From contig JAFTPV010000015.1 in the NCBI GenBank assembly GCA_017463125.1, forward strand, positions 20,113 to 84,112: a stretch of DNA of 64,000 nt. Reading direction: 5' to 3'. Position 1 is the stretch's first letter. Every line of letters starts with the position of its first letter. Below are positions 1 to 8,159 of this stretch, piece by piece. Under the pieces are notes generated by a model, which was not told the DNA's origin, made no database searches, and was given only the letters and a program-made list of their open reading frames with translations. The position numbers and the translations under genes were made by a program. The DNA is from Clostridia bacterium (GTDB lineage Bacteria; Bacillota; Clostridia; Oscillospirales; CAG-272).

Positions 1-520
1 AACCACCGATATGTACGGGAACGATCATCTTCGTCTTGGGAGTGATCTTTCTTGCAACGTCAGCGGGATCCATATTAATAGTTCTGGGGTCAACGTCTGC
101 AAAAACAAGCTTACAGCCGATAGCAAGAGGATATGCCATAGTAGCAACGAATGTGATGGCGGGAACGATAACCTCGTCGCCTGCCTTTAGGTTTGCGTAC
201 TTGTAAGCAATCTCAAATCCTGCAGTAGCGTTAGTAACGAAAGTAGAAGACTCGGTCTTAAGATATTCGTTGCAGGCAGCCTCGGCAGCCTCAACCTTAG
301 AGCCGAGAGAGAGCTTTCCGGGAGGGGAAGAGAGAGCGTCCAGCTTCTTTACCTGCTGCCAAACAGCCTCGAGAGCGTCCTCGTATTCCTTGCCCTCGCC
401 CTGCATAAGAAACTTAATGATTTCCATAAGGTCGTGAACGTTGTAGTTCTCACCGACCGCTGCCCAAGGAACCTTGGTAGCGCCTGTGTTATACCTGAAG
501 TCAGATGTTTGTTTTCCCAT
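1..520 (-). CDS. DegT/DnrJ/EryC1/StrS-family PLP-dependent (sugar) aminotransferase, N-terminal 173 aa only; gene continues beyond the window edge
   Basis: Absent from the ORF track because it runs off the edge. My own translation of the reverse strand from ATG comp(518-520) gives MGKQTSDFRYNTGATKVPWAAVGENYNVHDLMEII...NATAGFEIAYKYANLKAGDEVIVPAITFVATMAYPLAIGCKLVFADVDPRTINMDPADVARKITPKTKMIVPVHIGG. The GDEVIxPxxTFxAT, VFxDVD and KxIxPVHxxG blocks are the family pattern. GGAG RBS at comp(527-530). Confidence 0.7.
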   Translation of the reverse strand, partial: MGKQTSDFRYNTGATKVPWAAVGENYNVHDLMEIIKFLMQGEGKEYEDALEAVWQQVKKLDALSSPPGKLSLGSKVEAAEAACNEYLKTESSTFVTNATAGFEIAYKYANLKAGDEVIVPAITFVATMAYPLAIGCKLVFADVDPRTINMDPADVARKITPKTKMIVPVHIGG

Positions 521-557
521 AAGAATCTCCTTTTATATTATGTTTTATTTTGTATAG

Positions 558-1190
558 TTAAAATTCGGGTTCATACTTCTGTATAAACTCTTCCCAAACT
601 ATTCGCCTTACCTCGATGTCCTTTATCTTCAGCTTGGTACAATAAGCCGAGAAGCCGAGGTGTCCGCCCCTGATGGGTGTGGGGTCGATAAGCTCTGTAA
701 TGAGAACGTCATCAACAACCATAAAGGTGTGTCCGTTAATAGCTCCGCAGGTCATTCTCACCTCGCTGCCGGGAGTGTACGTATAGTTTGAGGTAGTGGA
801 GTAGAGATTTGTGCCAAAGCCCTTGCCGAAGTTTCGCTCTATTCCGCACTTGTGCTCGTACCAGCCGTTAAGACCGCAAACGTACGACTCGCCGAGATAG
901 TCGCGCCCATCGTTCCAGTTAGCGCAGAATACCGCGTTTACGTCACGTGTGGCAGGGAGAACCGTTCCGATAGTAAAGGAAAACATCACGTCCTCCTCAA
1001 AGCGCTCCTTCGTCATAAGTATTCCGCCGAAGTTTCCGCGCTCCTCACCGATAAGGTATCCGTCCTCGTGCTTCCACTGTCCTGTCATAATATCCCAATA
1101 CTTTTCCCAAGTCTCGTCGGGTGAATATTTGAATATAACAGGCGACTTATCCGCAAGTATCTTCTTTCCAAGTAAAAGTATATCTTTCAT
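558..1190 (-). CDS. hypothetical cytoplasmic protein, possibly concanavalin-A-like lectin/glucanase fold (DUF1961/DUF1080-like)
   Basis: 210-aa ORF with no signal peptide. Beta-rich, W/G-rich sequence (TGQWKHEDGYLIGEE, VFCANWNDG, GLNGWYEHKCGIER). The family guess is from memory only. Confidence 0.35.
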   Translation of the reverse strand: MKDILLLGKKILADKSPVIFKYSPDETWEKYWDIMTGQWKHEDGYLIGEERGNFGGILMTKERFEEDVMFSFTIGTVLPATRDVNAVFCANWNDGRDYLGESYVCGLNGWYEHKCGIERNFGKGFGTNLYSTTSNYTYTPGSEVRMTCGAINGHTFMVVDDVLITELIDPTPIRGGHLGFSAYCTKLKIKDIEVRRIVWEEFIQKYEPEF

Positions 1191-1461
1191 ATTGACCTAG
1201 CCACTCACTTTTGTATTTATGTAATTTATGCTTTTTACATAACGGTAAATCAAAGCCACCGCTTGCTCTTTTTGTAGGGATAGCCACATTTTCGCATATA
1301 ACTACAATTAGATTATAGCAAATGTGTATAGATTTTTGAATGACAAATCAATAAGAAAAAATGAAAAATCAATAAAATAATACGCATTTTTAAGTTAAAA
1401 TTTTTTCGATAATGCATATTGAACAAAAACCGACCCAATTTACTGTGTATCTTAACCAAAT

Positions 1462-1490
1462 AAAAAAAGCGGAGAATATTTCATCTCCGC
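1462..1490 (-). terminator. intrinsic terminator downstream of the LRR lipoprotein gene
   Basis: GCGGAGA-atatttca-TCTCCGC stem-loop (1469-1490). It is followed on the minus strand by a 7-T run (plus-strand A-run 1462-1468). Confidence 0.6.
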
Positions 1491-1543
1491 AAAATTTGCA
1501 ATCGGCTTTTGTAAGGCATTAGGCATTGCCTAATAACGAGGAG

Positions 1544-2839
1544 TTATTCCTCTGGAACGTAGCCAAAGTGAATATTGGCGTTTGAAAACGCATCACTATC
1601 ACACCAAATATCTATCGTCGACCAATCTTCTTCTGTTCCTGTGTAGTATATGTCGGTAAGCTGATCGCAACCATCAAATGCGTTACCTCCAAATCCGATA
1701 ATCGTTACGCTGCTTGGTATTACTATGCTTTTTATATTACTGCATCCATAGAACGCTTTATATCCAATCTTTGTTACACAATCTGGAATTACTAGGTGAG
1801 TTATGAGTTCACCGTTTAGATAAAGATTATCTGCATAATACATAGGATTTGCTTTAGAGTCTGGAAATCTTATGTTGCACCATTTTGCTATATCTGTTAC
1901 GTATACATCAGATAGAGCTTCACAACCATCAAATACGTGATTTCCAATATGTTCTACACTATCTGGTATAATTACGCTTCTAAGTTCTTTACAGCCGGAA
2001 AATGCGTAGCCTTGAATATCTGTTACGCTATCAGGGATAGATATGTTTTCAATACTTTTACAATCTTTGAATGCATCATAGCCAATAGATGTTATTCGCT
2101 TACCGATATTTATGCTGCTAAGTCCCTCACAATATTCAAATGCGTGTTCACCAATGTTTGTTATCTGGTCGGGGATTGATATAGTTATAAGTTCTTCACA
2201 ACTTGTGAAAGCATACGGAGCAATAAGCTTTGTATTTTCATTGATCGTGCACGATGTAATATAGTCGTTTACGGTACCGGTCAGAACAATGTATGGATTT
2301 GTCATGTTGCCTAGGTAATAAGCGTTATCATACATATTATATTGTAACTTGCTGCAATAACCGAACGCATATCTACCAACGCTTGTTATGCTGTTGGAGA
2401 TGCTTATGTTTGCAAGATTATTACAATTGTAGAAAGCATAGATACCTATATCGGTGACACTATCAGGAATTTTTATATCAGCAATTGTTGTGCAATTTGA
2501 AAAAGCGGATGCGCCGATTTCTTTTACGGGTTTTGAATTATGTGTAGGGGGAATAACAACGGATGTATCATTACAACTACCTATGCCGGTTACTAAGTAA
2601 TAGGTTTCGTCGTTACTTAGGGTGAACTCAAGCCCTTTGCTATAGGAGCTTTCGGGAGTAGTGTTTCCGCTGTCACCTATGTTCCCATTATCTGCACCTT
2701 TGTTATCATCAGTCTCGCTACTTCCTGAATTGAGATCGGTCGGCTGCTTCTCGCTTGAATCTTCTGCACAAGACATCATGGACATAATGAGTGCCGATAT
2801 GGCGATAAACGCTAATAGTGTTGCTAAAGTCTTTTTCAT
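1544..2839 (-). CDS. surface lipoprotein with BspA-type leucine-rich repeats (LRR_5-like)
   Basis: 431 aa. Signal peptide with a lipobox-like LIMSMMSC|AEDS, then an S/D/N/G-rich linker. More than 10 tandem 23-25-aa repeats follow, of the form IPDSVTxIGxxAFxxCxxLxxI. GGAG RBS at comp(2848-2851). Confidence 0.8.
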   Translation of the reverse strand: MKKTLATLLAFIAISALIMSMMSCAEDSSEKQPTDLNSGSSETDDNKGADNGNIGDSGNTTPESSYSKGLEFTLSNDETYYLVTGIGSCNDTSVVIPPTHNSKPVKEIGASAFSNCTTIADIKIPDSVTDIGIYAFYNCNNLANISISNSITSVGRYAFGYCSKLQYNMYDNAYYLGNMTNPYIVLTGTVNDYITSCTINENTKLIAPYAFTSCEELITISIPDQITNIGEHAFEYCEGLSSINIGKRITSIGYDAFKDCKSIENISIPDSVTDIQGYAFSGCKELRSVIIPDSVEHIGNHVFDGCEALSDVYVTDIAKWCNIRFPDSKANPMYYADNLYLNGELITHLVIPDCVTKIGYKAFYGCSNIKSIVIPSSVTIIGFGGNAFDGCDQLTDIYYTGTEEDWSTIDIWCDSDAFSNANIHFGYVPEE

Positions 2840-2860
2840 TTGTTTTTCTCCTTTTGTGAT

Positions 2861-2895
2861 AAAAATAAAAAGTGCGCCAACGTGAGTCAGCGCAC
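2861..2895 (-). terminator. intrinsic terminator / attenuator hairpin about 10 nt upstream of the LRR lipoprotein RBS
   Basis: Minus-strand RNA reads GUGCGCUGAC-ucac-GUUGGCGCAC (10 bp including 2 G-U pairs) followed by UUUUUAUUUUU. On the plus strand the two G-U positions become C/A mismatches, so the hairpin is better in the sense orientation of the gene. Confidence 0.5.
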
Positions 2896-2919
2896 CGAAA
2901 AACGCAAACTCCCATTGTC

Positions 2920-3081
2920 GCCAAACAAGTTGAAATAGAACAAGGATAAATATATCACGTGTAACCTAATTCACGGAATTTGCATTTTTACCAAATCCAT
3001 AAAATTAGGTTATAACGAAAAGGGTATAATTATCCCTATAGATAAAATACCTTGTTCAAAAAAATATTCAACTCGTTTGGC
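2920..3081 (-). promoter_or_regulatory. nested inverted-repeat element, candidate structured 5-prime leader RNA of the LRR lipoprotein gene
   Basis: P1 is 15 bp (3067-3081 with 2920-2934, one G-U only on the minus strand). P1b is 8 bp (3050-3057 with 2938-2945). P2 is 10 bp (3003-3012 with 2962-2971). P3 is 7 bp plus one bulge (2992-2998 with 2975-2982). There is also a small AGGG/CCCT hairpin at 3021-3037. Confidence 0.4.
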
Positions 3082-3087
3082 AATCTT

Positions 3088-3116
3088 ATTTTATCATAAT
3101 AGTAGGGAAAAGTAAA
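3088..3116 (-). promoter_or_regulatory. putative extended -10 sigma-A promoter for the structured leader and LRR gene
   Basis: Minus strand reads TTTACT (comp 3111-3116), N17, then TGa-TAAAAT (comp 3088-3096). The predicted start falls at about 3081, the first base of helix P1. Confidence 0.4.
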
Positions 3117-3123
3117 GGGGAAA

Positions 3124-3157
3124 ATAAAAAAAGGCTTAGGATTTTTTCCTAAACCTT
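3124..3157 (-). terminator. intrinsic terminator closing the lon...rluB operon
   Basis: Minus strand reads AGGUUUAGGA-aaaaaa-UCCUAAGCCU (10 bp, one G-U) followed by UUUUUUUAUUUU. Confidence 0.7.
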
Positions 3158-3242
3158 ACGATTGGGGCTCATCTCATCACCGCTATCGAGGAGCTTCCCT
3201 AAGGGGAAGCCTTGATAAATGATGGATGAGGATGAAAAAGCA

Positions 3243-3644
3243 TTAGAGCTTCACCTCATGCCCGTCACAATGCCCGTCAAACATTCCTGTCATATCTCTG
3301 AAATACTCGCCGTTTTCCTGCTTCTTAAAGCCTGCTGCGCGCATAAGCCTTTCTTCACCTGCATCCTCTGCGGCGTAGCAGGTATGCGCTCCGCAAGAGT
3401 CGATGAAGTTCATCGTCTGCCTCGCCAGGATAAACATAGCCTCAAAGTCGGAAAGACCGTTTGCTTCCTTTATATCACATATGTAGCCGTCTTTGCCGAT
3501 GTCGAACTGTGCCATTCCCATAAGGTGACCGTCGTCTATATCAATCATCTGATAGGCAAAGGCATCAGGGCGAAACTCTGCACCGCAAAGCTTGCAAATC
3601 TCTTTCTGCCTCGATTTATCCTGCGTAGGTGTGATCTTAAACAT
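3243..3644 (-). CDS. hypothetical protein, possibly acetyltransferase-like fold, with a His/Cys-rich C-terminal tail
   Basis: 133-aa ORF. Its ATG (comp 3642-3644) overlaps the rluB stop by 8 nt, indicating translational coupling. The tail is FDGHCDGHEVKL. No family recognised with confidence. Confidence 0.45.
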   Translation of the reverse strand: MFKITPTQDKSRQKEICKLCGAEFRPDAFAYQMIDIDDGHLMGMAQFDIGKDGYICDIKEANGLSDFEAMFILARQTMNFIDSCGAHTCYAAEDAGEERLMRAAGFKKQENGEYFRDMTGMFDGHCDGHEVKL

Positions 3645-4374
3645 TTTTTGCCTCTTTCGTTGCTTTGTAAAGATAATCTACCTCGCTCTGCTCGAGATAG
3701 CGCCATTTTCCGACGGGAAGCCCGTCAAGCTTCAGATTTCCTATGGAGACGCGCGAGAGTCTTTTTACAGTAAGACCTGCCGCCTCGCACATTTTTCTTA
3801 TCTGTCTGTTTCTGCCCTCAAAGAGAGTCATCTTCATAACAGTGCCGCTCTCGTCCTCCGACATAATATTTACCTCTACCGGTTTGATTTTATAGCCGTC
3901 TATCTCGAGGGCAGAGGTGAGGATTTCGTACTGTTCATCCGAAACAGCACCGCCAACCTTAACTCTATATAGCTTTGGTATAGTGTGACTCGGGTGGGTG
4001 AGACGGTTTTTTAATTCTCCGTCGTCTGTTAAGAGCAACATTCCCTCCGAAATCATATCAAGACGTCCGACAGGGTATACCCTTGCCGAAACACCGTCCA
4101 GAAGATCGGTTACGCATTTTCTGCCTCTGTCATCAGCCGTTGATGAGAGGTAACCGCGAGGCTTATTCATCATTATATAAGTATACTCGCGCTTCTCGTA
4201 TTTGATTTTTTTGCCCTTGTATGTAATGTGATCGGCGCGGGGGTCAACCTTTATGCCAATGGTGGCAAGGTGTCCGTTTACGGCAAAGCTGCCGCGCTCG
4301 ATCTCCTCCTCTGCGGCCCTTCTTGACATAAGGCCTGAATCTGCTATAAATTTTTGAAGTCTTACCTTTTCCAT
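3637..4374 (-). CDS. rluB: 23S rRNA pseudouridine synthase, RsuA/RluB family
   Basis: 245 aa. N-terminal S4 domain (RLQKFIADSGLMSRRAAEEEI). Catalytic-Asp motif VYPVGRLDMISEGMLLLTDDGEL, and RQIRKMCEA near the C-terminus. Confidence 0.85.
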   Translation of the reverse strand: MEKVRLQKFIADSGLMSRRAAEEEIERGSFAVNGHLATIGIKVDPRADHITYKGKKIKYEKREYTYIMMNKPRGYLSSTADDRGRKCVTDLLDGVSARVYPVGRLDMISEGMLLLTDDGELKNRLTHPSHTIPKLYRVKVGGAVSDEQYEILTSALEIDGYKIKPVEVNIMSEDESGTVMKMTLFEGRNRQIRKMCEAAGLTVKRLSRVSIGNLKLDGLPVGKWRYLEQSEVDYLYKATKEAKNV

Positions 4375-4382
4375 ACAGAAGA

Positions 4383-5516
4383 TTAATTTCCTTTATTTAT
4401 TTTGAATTTATCGAATAGCTTTTCAAAAAAGCTCCTAGTATCCTTTTTTATAACCTCTTTTTCTGCGACAAGCTTTACAGAGGATACGCGCTCTCCGTCT
4501 ACCGTAAATATCACCTCGCCGAGTATATCGCCTTGCTTTATCGGCGCTACGGCAAATCTTGCGAGCTTTATATAGCTCTCTACCTCATGCTCGCCTTTTT
4601 CGACTATTATGCTTACGCCCTTCTCGTTACTTACTCGTACGGTCTGCTCCTCGCCGTCAAGCACGCTTACGTCGTAGAAATATTCGTTAGCATTAGCAAA
4701 ATTTATACGCTCAAGACGCGCATACCCGAGATCAAAAAGGGTACTGTGGTCTCTCCAGTCGTCAGGCGCGTTAAGCGTAACTGTAACAAAGGTAAGACCG
4801 TCTCTTTCGACAGCACCTACAAGGCACCTGCCGCTCTTTTTTGTAAATCCGGTTTTCATACCTATTGCGCCGTCGCACAGCTTTAATAGCTTGTTGTGAT
4901 TGACGTATGTGCGTGAGCGATCATCGGTAACAAAGCTCTTTTTATAAGTGCTGACGATAGTTCTTAAGGTATCGTTTTCAAGTGCGTGCGCCGCGATTAC
5001 CGCAAGGTCGTGCGCCGTTGTGTAATGCTCTTTATCATCAAGACCGTGAGGATTTGTGAAATGGGTGTCGGATAGACCAAGCTCCTCAGCCTTTTCATTC
5101 ATAAGCGCGGCAAATTCTTCAATACCGCCGCTTATATGATAGGCAATTGCCGCTGCCGCGTCGTTTGCACTTCGTAGCATAAGCGCATAAAGCAGTTCTT
5201 CCATTTTAAGAGCCTCGCCGCTCACGAGATAAGCAGAGCTGCCCTCTACGCCTGCCGCCTCGTCTGCAATAATTACGGTATCATCAAGCTCGGAGTTTTC
5301 GATAGCCACGATAGCCGTCATTATTTTTGTCGTGCTTGCCATCGGCATGCGCTTATTCATGTTTTTTGAATATAAAAACTGCTTGGTTACAGGCTCGTAC
5401 AGTGCCGCAGCTCCCGCGCTGACATTCGGTGTGTCAGTAGCATATACCGATAGCGTTAAGAGTGCAAAGAGCGTAACTGATACCGCCAAAAAGCAGATAA
5501 GTTTTTTATTTACCAT
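4383..5516 (-). CDS. dacB: D-alanyl-D-alanine carboxypeptidase (peptidase S11, low-molecular-weight PBP)
   Basis: 377 aa with a signal peptide. Motifs SxxK (ASTTK), SxN (RSAND) and KTG (MKTGFT), plus a C-terminal PBP5_C-like beta domain. Synteny with scpAB and rluB resembles the B. subtilis dacB region. Confidence 0.8.
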   Translation of the reverse strand: MVNKKLICFLAVSVTLFALLTLSVYATDTPNVSAGAAALYEPVTKQFLYSKNMNKRMPMASTTKIMTAIVAIENSELDDTVIIADEAAGVEGSSAYLVSGEALKMEELLYALMLRSANDAAAAIAYHISGGIEEFAALMNEKAEELGLSDTHFTNPHGLDDKEHYTTAHDLAVIAAHALENDTLRTIVSTYKKSFVTDDRSRTYVNHNKLLKLCDGAIGMKTGFTKKSGRCLVGAVERDGLTFVTVTLNAPDDWRDHSTLFDLGYARLERINFANANEYFYDVSVLDGEEQTVRVSNEKGVSIIVEKGEHEVESYIKLARFAVAPIKQGDILGEVIFTVDGERVSSVKLVAEKEVIKKDTRSFFEKLFDKFKINKGN

Positions 5517-5573
5517 AATGTATTCCTCTTTTTTGTTATCATTTCTGATTTTTGAGGAATATATTCCGGGAAT

Positions 5574-5951
5574 TTATGACAGCGCACCCTTGATTTTCTC
5601 GATAATCTCCGGAGAGCGCTCAATAAGAGTGCTTATTCTGTCTACGTCGCTTGAAGCGGTATTTATGTGTATAAGGTTGATTTCCGCATTTCTGCCAACG
5701 GTTAAAAACGCTATGGGCGTAATAGACAGTCCCGTTCCGCCACCACCGCCGAAATTTTGCGGGGAAGAGAGCTTGCTCTGACCATAGTCAACACCACCTG
5801 TAGCAATTCCCATCGACACCTTCGATACGGGTATAACGGTGACGCCAGACGGTGTGTTTATTGCCCCTCCGATAACGGTATCCATATCGGTAAAGCTTTT
5901 AATTCCGTCCATAGACGCCTTTATAATATCACTCATTTTATTCTCCGACAT
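5574..5951 (-). CDS. ytfJ: sporulation protein YtfJ (GerW family)
   Basis: 125 aa. TVIPVSKVSMGIATGGVDYG...GGGGGTGLSITPIAFLTV is the typical GerW/YtfJ pattern. Overlaps the upstream DUF2953 gene by 14 nt. Confidence 0.85.
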   Translation of the reverse strand: MSENKMSDIIKASMDGIKSFTDMDTVIGGAINTPSGVTVIPVSKVSMGIATGGVDYGQSKLSSPQNFGGGGGTGLSITPIAFLTVGRNAEINLIHINTASSDVDRISTLIERSPEIIEKIKGALS

Positions 5952-6480
5952 ACAGAGCCCTCTTTTTTCTTTTAGCTTTCATCAGGTCGTATCTCATACC
6001 GACAAAAAATACAATAAGATAAATTAAAGGGACCTTTATAACTATGTCAAATGAAAGACTTGTATCTCTTGTGTAAAAAGGAAAATTAGGATTTTTAACA
6101 GTAACGCTTTTCGCTTTTGTGAAAATATATGAGGTCAGTGTGTAAACTATTGGAACAGCGAGAAAGGTGCTGTCAAGCTCGGAGGTGATGAATGGCAGAT
6201 TTTTCGGCAATGTCAGATCCTCAATATCTACTCTAGATTCGGACAAAAGATTAGATATTCTTTTTACAAGTGAGGTGTAGAACTCTGCGGGCTTTCTTTC
6301 TGCTCTTGATTTTTTGCCGAAATTTAAGGTTTTTTGTTTTTTCTTAAATGTTATAGAGAAGTAGACGAAATGTATTTCAACAGTAAAGGTGTCTACTCTT
6401 TTCAGCTTGATAAAAACGTTTTGAATAAGAGAGAATACGAGGGCGGTAAGAAGCGCAAGCGTAATATATATCCCCGCCAT
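5938..6480 (-). CDS. DUF2953 membrane protein (YtfI-like sporulation protein)
   Basis: 180 aa with an N-terminal TM helix. Sits immediately upstream of ytfJ, as ytfI-ytfJ does in Bacillus. Confidence 0.55.
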   Translation of the reverse strand: MAGIYITLALLTALVFSLIQNVFIKLKRVDTFTVEIHFVYFSITFKKKQKTLNFGKKSRAERKPAEFYTSLVKRISNLLSESRVDIEDLTLPKNLPFITSELDSTFLAVPIVYTLTSYIFTKAKSVTVKNPNFPFYTRDTSLSFDIVIKVPLIYLIVFFVGMRYDLMKAKRKKRALYVGE

Positions 6481-6504
6481 AATTTCTCCTGTCGGTATTT
6501 ATTA

Positions 6505-7314
6505 TCAGTCGGCTATGATATCGTCCTCTGCCGACGGCTCGTTTTCTATAAGAGCGGCTGCGTCGGTCAGAACGTCAGCCATGTCGTTTATCGCATCGAG
6601 CTCCTCGGCGTTTGGCGCTGTTTTCTGTATAGAGCCGCCTTCGGCAAATTGAATTTCCTCTTGAATACACTCCTCGATTGCGTCGCCGCGCTTTGCCTTT
6701 GCAAACATCTCCTGAATTTCCTCGGGGGTTCTCGGAAGGGCGGAGATGTCCTTAATGCCGAAGGAACGAAGAAAATCGGGTGTAGTTCCGTAGAGCATAG
6801 GTCTGCCGGGTGCATCAAGTCGGCCTTTAGATTCTATTAGACCTCTGTCAATAAGATTGTTCATTGCATACGACGAGTCGGCACGGCGAAGCGTATCCAC
6901 GAAGGCTCGCGTTACAGGCTGGTTGTACGCTACTATCGCAAGCGCCTCCATTGATGAGGTTGATAGTGTACCGCTCTTTTTTATTCCAAGTGTTTCTCTT
7001 ATCTCCGTAAGATAATACTGCTTCGTACATAGCTGACAGGAGTCGCCGTATGTAAGAAGGATAACTCCGCGAGGTATAGATTGATTGTTGTATTTTAGGG
7101 AATAGTCGATGACCTTTTCCTTGATTTTCAGAGGCGTTGTGTCGAAAACTCTTGCTAAAGCGGCGTAGGTAATAGGGTGTCCTGCCGCAAAGAGAATTGC
7201 CTCAAGCGCCTCTTCAAAAATGACTACGCGCTCTTCGGCTTCGTCGTCGGATATTACGGTCCTTTCAGACGCTGGATTTTCTTCTGTATTAATATCTTTT
7301 ATCTCTTCATTCAT
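6505..7314 (-). CDS. scpB: segregation and condensation protein B
   Basis: 269 aa. LEAILFAAGHPITYAALARVF and EALAIVAYNQPVTRAFVDTLRRADS winged-helix repeats. Overlaps scpA by 4 nt. Confidence 0.9.
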   Translation of the reverse strand: MNEEIKDINTEENPASERTVISDDEAEERVVIFEEALEAILFAAGHPITYAALARVFDTTPLKIKEKVIDYSLKYNNQSIPRGVILLTYGDSCQLCTKQYYLTEIRETLGIKKSGTLSTSSMEALAIVAYNQPVTRAFVDTLRRADSSYAMNNLIDRGLIESKGRLDAPGRPMLYGTTPDFLRSFGIKDISALPRTPEEIQEMFAKAKRGDAIEECIQEEIQFAEGGSIQKTAPNAEELDAINDMADVLTDAAALIENEPSAEDDIIAD

Positions 7315-8138
7315 TTTTCTTCCTCGTCGCTTTCATTTTCCGGTTCTTTATCAAATTCACTCTCGGATTCTTCCGATGGAACGTAATCCTCGTTGAGCTT
7401 GAACATCATCTCAAGCCCTGATTCGTTATATTCAATAACGTCCTCGACAACGGTTACATTGGTAATAAGTATACGTCTAAGCTTTATAAGCTCGAGTACT
7501 CCCATAAATCTTGCTACAAGCTCGGCTCTTGAGTCGGCGTCTTTTAAGAGGAAGAAAAGGGAGGCTTCTTCCTGCTCATCTAGTATAGCGCAGATCTCCT
7601 CTATTTTTTCCTCAACCGATACGACCTTATGCTTAATAAGCGGATTGACAAGCTCGGTGGGTGTTCTTGTGCTTTCCGCAACCTTCATTCTTTTCATAAC
7701 GGCGCCGAGCGCCTTGACTAGAAGGGCGGTGTCAAGATTTAATGGCAACCCCTTCTCAGGTGGGATATCGTCTGTCCCCTTGACGTATCTGCCGGAGAAC
7801 TCGTCGTAAACAGGCCGTAGCTCCTTTGCCGCCAGCTTTGCCTGCTGGTAGAGAAGAAGGGCATCCTGAATTTCGCGCCTCGGGTCATTCTCCGTGCCTT
7901 CCTCGTGAGGCAGGAGCATCTTACTCTTTATCAGCATGAGCTCGCTTGCCATAACGATAAATTCGCTGGCAATATCGGGGTCCATGCGCTGTGCCTCATT
8001 AATATATTCAACGTATTGATCGCATATCATAGCGATCGGTATATCCGTTATGCTTACCTTGTTTTTGCTGATGAGAGTCAAAAGCAGGTCGAGCGGACCT
8101 TCAAATTGGTCAAGTCGGTAAGTAAGCTGTTCTATCAT
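7311..8138 (-). CDS. scpA: segregation and condensation protein A (kleisin)
   Basis: 275 aa. N-terminal FEGPLDLLLTLISKNKVSITDIPIAMICDQY is the ScpA signature. Acidic C-terminal tail. Confidence 0.9.
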   Translation of the reverse strand: MIEQLTYRLDQFEGPLDLLLTLISKNKVSITDIPIAMICDQYVEYINEAQRMDPDIASEFIVMASELMLIKSKMLLPHEEGTENDPRREIQDALLLYQQAKLAAKELRPVYDEFSGRYVKGTDDIPPEKGLPLNLDTALLVKALGAVMKRMKVAESTRTPTELVNPLIKHKVVSVEEKIEEICAILDEQEEASLFFLLKDADSRAELVARFMGVLELIKLRRILITNVTVVEDVIEYNESGLEMMFKLNEDYVPSEESESEFDKEPENESDEEEK

Positions 8139-8159
8139 AAACAGAATCCTCTCGGTTAA

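Noticed and set aside
1345-1375. Direct repeat AAATCAATAA x2 spaced 21 bp apart, upstream of the 558-1190 gene
   Set aside because: This is a short, A/T-only repeat in an AT-rich spacer, so the chance expectation is high. There is no supporting context.
2896-2910. ACGCAAA-containing stretch that briefly recalled the c-di-GMP-I (GEMM) riboswitch core
   Set aside because: It is on the wrong strand relative to the downstream gene. None of the other conserved GEMM-I or GEMM-II elements is present.
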